The position numbers and the translations under genes are program-made. From Promethearchaeota archaeon (GTDB lineage Archaea > Asgardarchaeota > Lokiarchaeia > Sigyniarchaeales > SOKP01), in contig SHMW01000109.1 of the NCBI GenBank assembly GCA_008080735.1, positions 1-10,411 of the forward strand: a DNA stretch of 10,411 nt, written 5' to 3'. The first letter of the stretch is position 1, and every line of letters starts with the position of its first letter. The notes beneath the pieces were generated by a model, which did no database searches, had not been told where the DNA came from, and saw only the letters and a program-made list of their open reading frames with translations. Below, piece by piece: positions 6,295-10,411 of the stretch.

Positions 6295-7407
6295 ATGACA
6301 GAATCAGACGCTAGAAAGCTACAAAAGAAATTAACTTCATTAGAAAAAGAGAATGAGCAACTGAAGCGGGAGTTAAGCGGATTTAAAGATATTATCGATA
6401 ATATCAAAAAGAAGCCATTACTCATCGGATCAGTGGAGAGAGTACTGGAGGATGGCAGAGTGATCGTATCGCATGCCCCTGGGAATCGCATAATTTTACC
6501 TCCAAATGATCTTATTGAGCCACAAGGAGGAGATCAAGTTACGCTCCATCCGCAGAGTTATCAAATCTTAGAAATTTTGTCGAGAAAGATCCGGGGACAC
6601 GTTGCGAGTATGGAACTTATGGAGTCTCCCGATGTTACATTTGAGGATATTGGAGGATTGGATGCGCAAATCCAAGCAATTCGCGAGGTAGTGGAATTAC
6701 CGATGCTCCATCCCGAATTATTTGAAAAGCTTGGGATAGACCCTCCTTCGGGTGCTTTACTTTCTGGTCCTCCTGGAACGGGGAAAACACTTACGGCAAA
6801 AGCGATTGCGAACTCTACCAATGCTCGATTCATCCATCTGGTAGGATCAGATTTAGTACAAAAATTCATTGGGGAGGGGTCGCGAATGGTTCGAGAAGTA
6901 TTCACGCTGGCCAAAGAGAATATTCCCGCCATTATATTCATTGATGAAATCGATGCGATCGCCATCAAGAGAACGAGTGAAGTTTATAAAGGGGATCGAG
7001 AAGTCCAGAGAACCTTTATGCAGCTCCTCTCGGAACTTGACGGATTTGCAGATACCCAAGGGATAATGTTTGTCGCCGCCACCAATCGGGAGGATGTGTT
7101 AGATCCCGCAATTTTACGTCCGGGTAGATTTGATCGCGTCATTAGATTTGACTTGCCCGATGAGGAAGCCCGAAGGATGATCTTAAAAATCCACACGAGG
7201 AAAATGAACTTGAAGGGTGTAAACTTTCAAGATCTTGCCAAAAAAACGGAAGGATTCAGTGGCGCCCATATAAAAGCGTTAGTTACAGAGGCAGGTATTA
7301 AAGCATTGAGAGGAAGAGAAGAAAATATCACCCAACATCATTTCAATAATGCGTTAACAGACATTATCGACAAGGAACATAGTGTAAAAGATTATATTTA
7401 TTCCTAA
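6295..7407 (+). CDS. pan: Proteasome-activating nucleotidase (PAN/Rpt-like AAA+ ATPase)
   Basis: N-terminal coiled coil, then PLLIG and an OB domain; PDVTFEDIGGL; Walker A GPPGTGKT; pore loop KFIGEG; Walker B IIFIDEID; DREVQRT; second region of homology ATNREDVLDPAILRPGRFDR; C-terminal HbYX motif (I-Y-S). ATG at 6295 is preferred over the TTG at 6286 in the track. Confidence 0.93.
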   Translation: MTESDARKLQKKLTSLEKENEQLKRELSGFKDIIDNIKKKPLLIGSVERVLEDGRVIVSHAPGNRIILPPNDLIEPQGGDQVTLHPQSYQILEILSRKIRGHVASMELMESPDVTFEDIGGLDAQIQAIREVVELPMLHPELFEKLGIDPPSGALLSGPPGTGKTLTAKAIANSTNARFIHLVGSDLVQKFIGEGSRMVREVFTLAKENIPAIIFIDEIDAIAIKRTSEVYKGDREVQRTFMQLLSELDGFADTQGIMFVAATNREDVLDPAILRPGRFDRVIRFDLPDEEARRMILKIHTRKMNLKGVNFQDLAKKTEGFSGAHIKALVTEAGIKALRGREENITQHHFNNALTDIIDKEHSVKDYIYS

Positions 7408-7498
7408 GTAGAGTGATGGCTATAAGTAAGCAAAATTTTTATCAAATTTTCCCGTTCATGTGTTTTTACAACTCCTAGCAAGGGGTATGTGTGGTAAA

Positions 7499-8938
7499 AT
7501 GCAATTAAATCCCTCCAATATTCAAGAACATTTACAGCAATTAGGAAAAAAGGAAGCCAGAATTTTATTAAAAGAATGGATATATAATTCTAATGAAGAA
7601 GCCCTTCGAGAAAAAGCTTTAAATGTGTTAGGATCTATTGATGAGGGAGATAAATACTCATTTTTCGAACTATTATTCTTATCAGACGCAAATTTAACTA
7701 TTAGTTTAACAGCGGGTAAGATTTTAAGCAAAAAGTACGGGGATCATAAAAAACTTCTTCCTTTATTACAATATACCCTAGAACAGGTAGATAATATTGA
7801 GAAAAAGCTCCTAGTAATAGAAATATTGAAAAAAATGGGTAATCACGCATCATCTCGAATACTAAAAGATTTTTTGGCCATCAAGCTCCGCTCTCTCCCC
7901 GAAAAAGCTATCGGTAATCTTTCCATAGAATCGGTATTTGAAAAAAAAAATCAGCTTGAGAAGAGATTGATTGATGTATGTATAAATCTGATATTATATC
8001 AGTATTATATCGAAAAATGTGGATTTAATGTGACCCTTCAAAATGGACGCATAATTTTGCTGAATTGTGAGGGCGCAGGATTTAAGTCCATTGGAGAAAT
8101 ACCCGCTATAAAACGTTTAGTTAGACTCAAACACCTTATATTAAAGAGGAATAAGATTTCCAAAATAGAAGGTATCCAGCACCTAAAATATTTACAAATT
8201 TTAGACTTATCCGATAATCAACTCTCCGAAATTGATTCCTTGGCGTATTTACCCAATCTTAAAGACTTAATTCTTACTAATAATAAAATTGAACGAATAA
8301 AAAATGTGAATACGCTTCAAAACCTTAGAAAACTTGCGATCAATTATAATGCGCTCACAGAAATACAGGATATAAGTGGACTGGGACATCTGGAGGATTT
8401 AAATCTAAACAATAACCAAATTACGCATATCAGTGGGCTTCGGGATTTGCCTCGCTTGGAAAAATTAAATCTATCCTTTAACCAAATCACCAAAATCTCG
8501 GGTCTTCAGCAATTAGAAAACCTACATTGGCTTCACTTGAATAACAATCGAATAGAGAAAATTGAAGGCTTGGCTAACCTAACCCAGCTGAAAGGATTAT
8601 ACCTTTCTAATAACCAGATACAGCAAATTGAGAATTTGGAAAATTTAAGAGAATTAAGAAAGATAGAACTGTCCAATAATAAAATAGTACAGATTGAGGG
8701 TCTTGAGACACTTCAAAAATTACAGGAGTTGTTTTTGGACAATAATCAAATAGAAGAGATCAGTGGACTTGAAAAGCTTAGACAACTTATAATTTTATTT
8801 CTAAAAAGTAATAACATTCGTCATTTTAATAAGGATATGATTGAGGAACTCCACAACCTTAATTTTATATTTCTAAATGATAACCCTCTTACTCATGAAT
8901 CAAAAAAATGTTATAATCGCAGGTCTCGGTACCCTTAA
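7499..8938 (+). CDS. Leucine-rich repeat protein (SDS22/internalin-type) with an N-terminal HEAT-like helical region
   Basis: Twelve consecutive LxxLxLxxNxI repeats, ten of them exactly 22 aa. The N-terminal amphipathic helices (LREKALNVLGSI, KLLVIEILKKMG) look HEAT-like. Start uncertain: GTG 7460, ATG 7487 or ATG 7499. Confidence 0.93.
   Translation: MQLNPSNIQEHLQQLGKKEARILLKEWIYNSNEEALREKALNVLGSIDEGDKYSFFELLFLSDANLTISLTAGKILSKKYGDHKKLLPLLQYTLEQVDNIEKKLLVIEILKKMGNHASSRILKDFLAIKLRSLPEKAIGNLSIESVFEKKNQLEKRLIDVCINLILYQYYIEKCGFNVTLQNGRIILLNCEGAGFKSIGEIPAIKRLVRLKHLILKRNKISKIEGIQHLKYLQILDLSDNQLSEIDSLAYLPNLKDLILTNNKIERIKNVNTLQNLRKLAINYNALTEIQDISGLGHLEDLNLNNNQITHISGLRDLPRLEKLNLSFNQITKISGLQQLENLHWLHLNNNRIEKIEGLANLTQLKGLYLSNNQIQQIENLENLRELRKIELSNNKIVQIEGLETLQKLQELFLDNNQIEEISGLEKLRQLIILFLKSNNIRHFNKDMIEELHNLNFIFLNDNPLTHESKKCYNRRSRYP
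8126..8890 (+). repeat. Coding tandem array of about 12 LRR units (66-nt period)
   Basis: Runs from LKHLILKRNKISKIEGIQHLKY to LNFIFLNDNPL. The units are diverged at DNA level. Confidence 0.9.
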
Positions 8939-8960
8939 CTTGCTCAGGCAAATTCAGAAA

Positions 8961-9539
8961 TTAATTCTCTCTAATATAATCATCAATAAACAGTTCCATC
9001 AATACCTCATCATAGTATTGATCCTCGATAAGAAATTGTTGTTTCCGGATGCCGATCTTTTGAAAACCCATAGACTTATACAGATGGAGGGCACGTTCAT
9101 TTGAAGAAAAGCAACTTAATATAATTTTTTGTTTTTCGTTTAACTTTTTCGATTCTCGAATGGCCACATCGATTAATATTCTGCCAATTCCCTCATCTCT
9201 GTAATTTTTTCGGACGATAATTCCTAAACTTCCCACGTGTGAAGCGGCATCCCAATCAACATTCGAAATTTCGCATTGTCCCAATATATGATTCGGACGT
9301 TCTAAATTCACATTCTCAGCAACAATACAAATTTCATTCGATTTTTTCAGACTATCATACCAAGTATGCTTTTCAAACTGACTTTCTACGGGGAGAAACA
9401 CAGGAAGATAGATAGCCTCCTCAACAACTTGGTTAAAATTTTTCCATACGGCATTAGCGTCTTTTCTCTTTACATGACGGAATAAAACCTCATCCCCGTT
9501 CTTCAATATGAAGTCCTTAGGGTATAAATCTTCTTTCAT
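8961..9539 (-). CDS. GNAT-family N-acetyltransferase
   Basis: 192 aa with acetyl-CoA motif A (LGIIVRKNYRDEGIGRILI), motif B (NERALHLYKSMGF) and a typical C-terminal YYDEVLMEL. Confidence 0.93.
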   Translation of the reverse strand: MKEDLYPKDFILKNGDEVLFRHVKRKDANAVWKNFNQVVEEAIYLPVFLPVESQFEKHTWYDSLKKSNEICIVAENVNLERPNHILGQCEISNVDWDAASHVGSLGIIVRKNYRDEGIGRILIDVAIRESKKLNEKQKIILSCFSSNERALHLYKSMGFQKIGIRKQQFLIEDQYYDEVLMELFIDDYIREN

Positions 9540-9586
9540 TAGGTAAATATAAGTTTTTAAATAATAAAATTGTTTATAATGATATT
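9540..9586. promoter_or_regulatory. 47-bp divergent promoter region between the GNAT and winged-helix genes
   Basis: The two ATGs diverge 47 bp apart. TTTAAATA at 9556-9563 sits 24-31 nt upstream of ATG 9587, the spacing expected for a leaderless archaeal transcript. Confidence 0.55.
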
Positions 9587-10018
9587 ATGGGAGATGATGA
9601 GAAAAAGGAAAAAATGAGATCCTATTTTGAAGAAGCCGCGAAGGGAAAAGAGAAAAAGGTTGCCAAGGATTTGGTTGAATTAAAGCATGTAGAAACAGAG
9701 AAACAGAAAGCTAGCGAAGAAACGGTGAACCTTGCGCAAACTTTAAAGAACGAGGTCATCACGCGTGATAGTTTTGATAAACTGAGTAATGATGAAATCA
9801 CAATAATCGAAAGCATCCAAGATAAACGTATGTTCTTGAATCGGATTGCGATTATTGCAAATCAGAGTCGGATACCGATGGGCAAAGATCCTTTCAAAAA
9901 GGCGGATCTTGAAGAGATCCTAGATACATTAATCGCTAAAGGGTATGTGAAAACTGAATTAGTAGAAGAGAATCGAGTCTATTACCTCTCCGAAAAAGGA
10001 CGATACCGCATACAATAA
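9587..10018 (+). CDS. Hypothetical protein with a charged N-terminus and a C-terminal winged-helix domain
   Basis: 143 aa. The C-terminus (KADLEEILDTLIAKGYVKTELVEENRVYYLSEKGR) matches the recognition helix plus wing pattern LxxLxxKGYV...YxLTxKG of MarR/PadR-like wHTH domains. Confidence 0.75.
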   Translation: MGDDEKKEKMRSYFEEAAKGKEKKVAKDLVELKHVETEKQKASEETVNLAQTLKNEVITRDSFDKLSNDEITIIESIQDKRMFLNRIAIIANQSRIPMGKDPFKKADLEEILDTLIAKGYVKTELVEENRVYYLSEKGRYRIQ

Positions 10019-10042
10019 AACAAGAAAAGAGAGGATTTAAAA

Positions 10043-10348
10043 TTAGTCTTTCTTCAAAATAAGTTTATTGATCGGGATATCTTGAAATTCGTGGCTTGTT
10101 GGGTGTTCCCGACGTATAGTTAAGGGAAGGATGCCTGATTTGAGCTCAAGTTGAGCAATCTTAATTGGGTCAATCACATCTTTCGGTTTTTCTACTAGGA
10201 TAGGGGCACCAAAACTAATTTGTAAGGCACGCGCACCGACAATTCTGGCCTTCTCATATCTCGTAAGAAATATCGGGCCAATCTTTACATAACTTTTAAC
10301 TTCTTTGTACTTCTTTCGCAATTCTCGCGATTCTAAAAAACTGGACAA
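10043..10348 (-). CDS. rpoK: DNA-directed RNA polymerase subunit K (Rpo6, RPB6/omega family)
   Basis: Signature LTRYEKARIVGARALQISFGAP...DPIKIAQLEL...LPLTIRR. TTG start with an in-frame TGA three codons upstream. Confidence 0.96.
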   Translation of the reverse strand: MSSFLESRELRKKYKEVKSYVKIGPIFLTRYEKARIVGARALQISFGAPILVEKPKDVIDPIKIAQLELKSGILPLTIRREHPTSHEFQDIPINKLILKKD

Positions 10349-10411
10349 GATGAATCAAACTCAGAAAAAGGTAATTGATTGTTTAAATAAAGCATTTCAT
10401 TTAATTTTTAT

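Noticed and set aside
4974-7731. Short ORFs 4974-5177, 6282-6491, 6561-6968, 6853-7059, 6869-7066, 6984-7196 and 7522-7731
   Set aside because: They overlap well-supported ACAD, PAN or LRR genes in other frames or strands, as expected for shadow ORFs.
8961-9539. GNAT as a dedicated actin N-terminal acetyltransferase (NAA80 analogue)
   Set aside because: It lies ~4.6 kb from actin with three unrelated genes between, and looks like a generic prokaryotic GNAT. Nothing in the sequence links it to actin.
8877-9816. ORFs 8877-9104 (+) and 9622-9816 (-)
   Set aside because: They overlap the LRR/GNAT ends and the wHTH gene and show no protein-like motifs.

Overview
This is an AT-rich, intron-free, gene-dense prokaryotic window that carries a eukaryote-like actin next to archaeal housekeeping genes (PAN, RNA polymerase Rpo6/RpoK). 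That combination points to an Asgard archaeon, most likely Lokiarchaeia (inference from gene content). The right part (3246-10348) looks like core genome: Lokiactin-type actin, an acyl-CoA dehydrogenase, proteasome-activating nucleotidase, an SDS22-type LRR protein, a GNAT acetyltransferase, a small winged-helix protein and rpoK. The left part (1-3211) looks accessory. A 31-bp exact direct repeat (436-466 and 3177-3207), taken from the U-rich 3' flank of the actin gene, brackets a ~2.7-kb segment with two convergent unknown genes. One has a putative restriction-endonuclease-like C-terminal domain; the other has a C-terminal domain resembling immunity-type helical proteins. Just outside the left repeat is a pseudogene missing from the ORF track (minus strand, ~400 to <1), a decayed paralogue of that second gene. 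Together these suggest a cassette-insertion hotspot at the 3' end of the actin gene.
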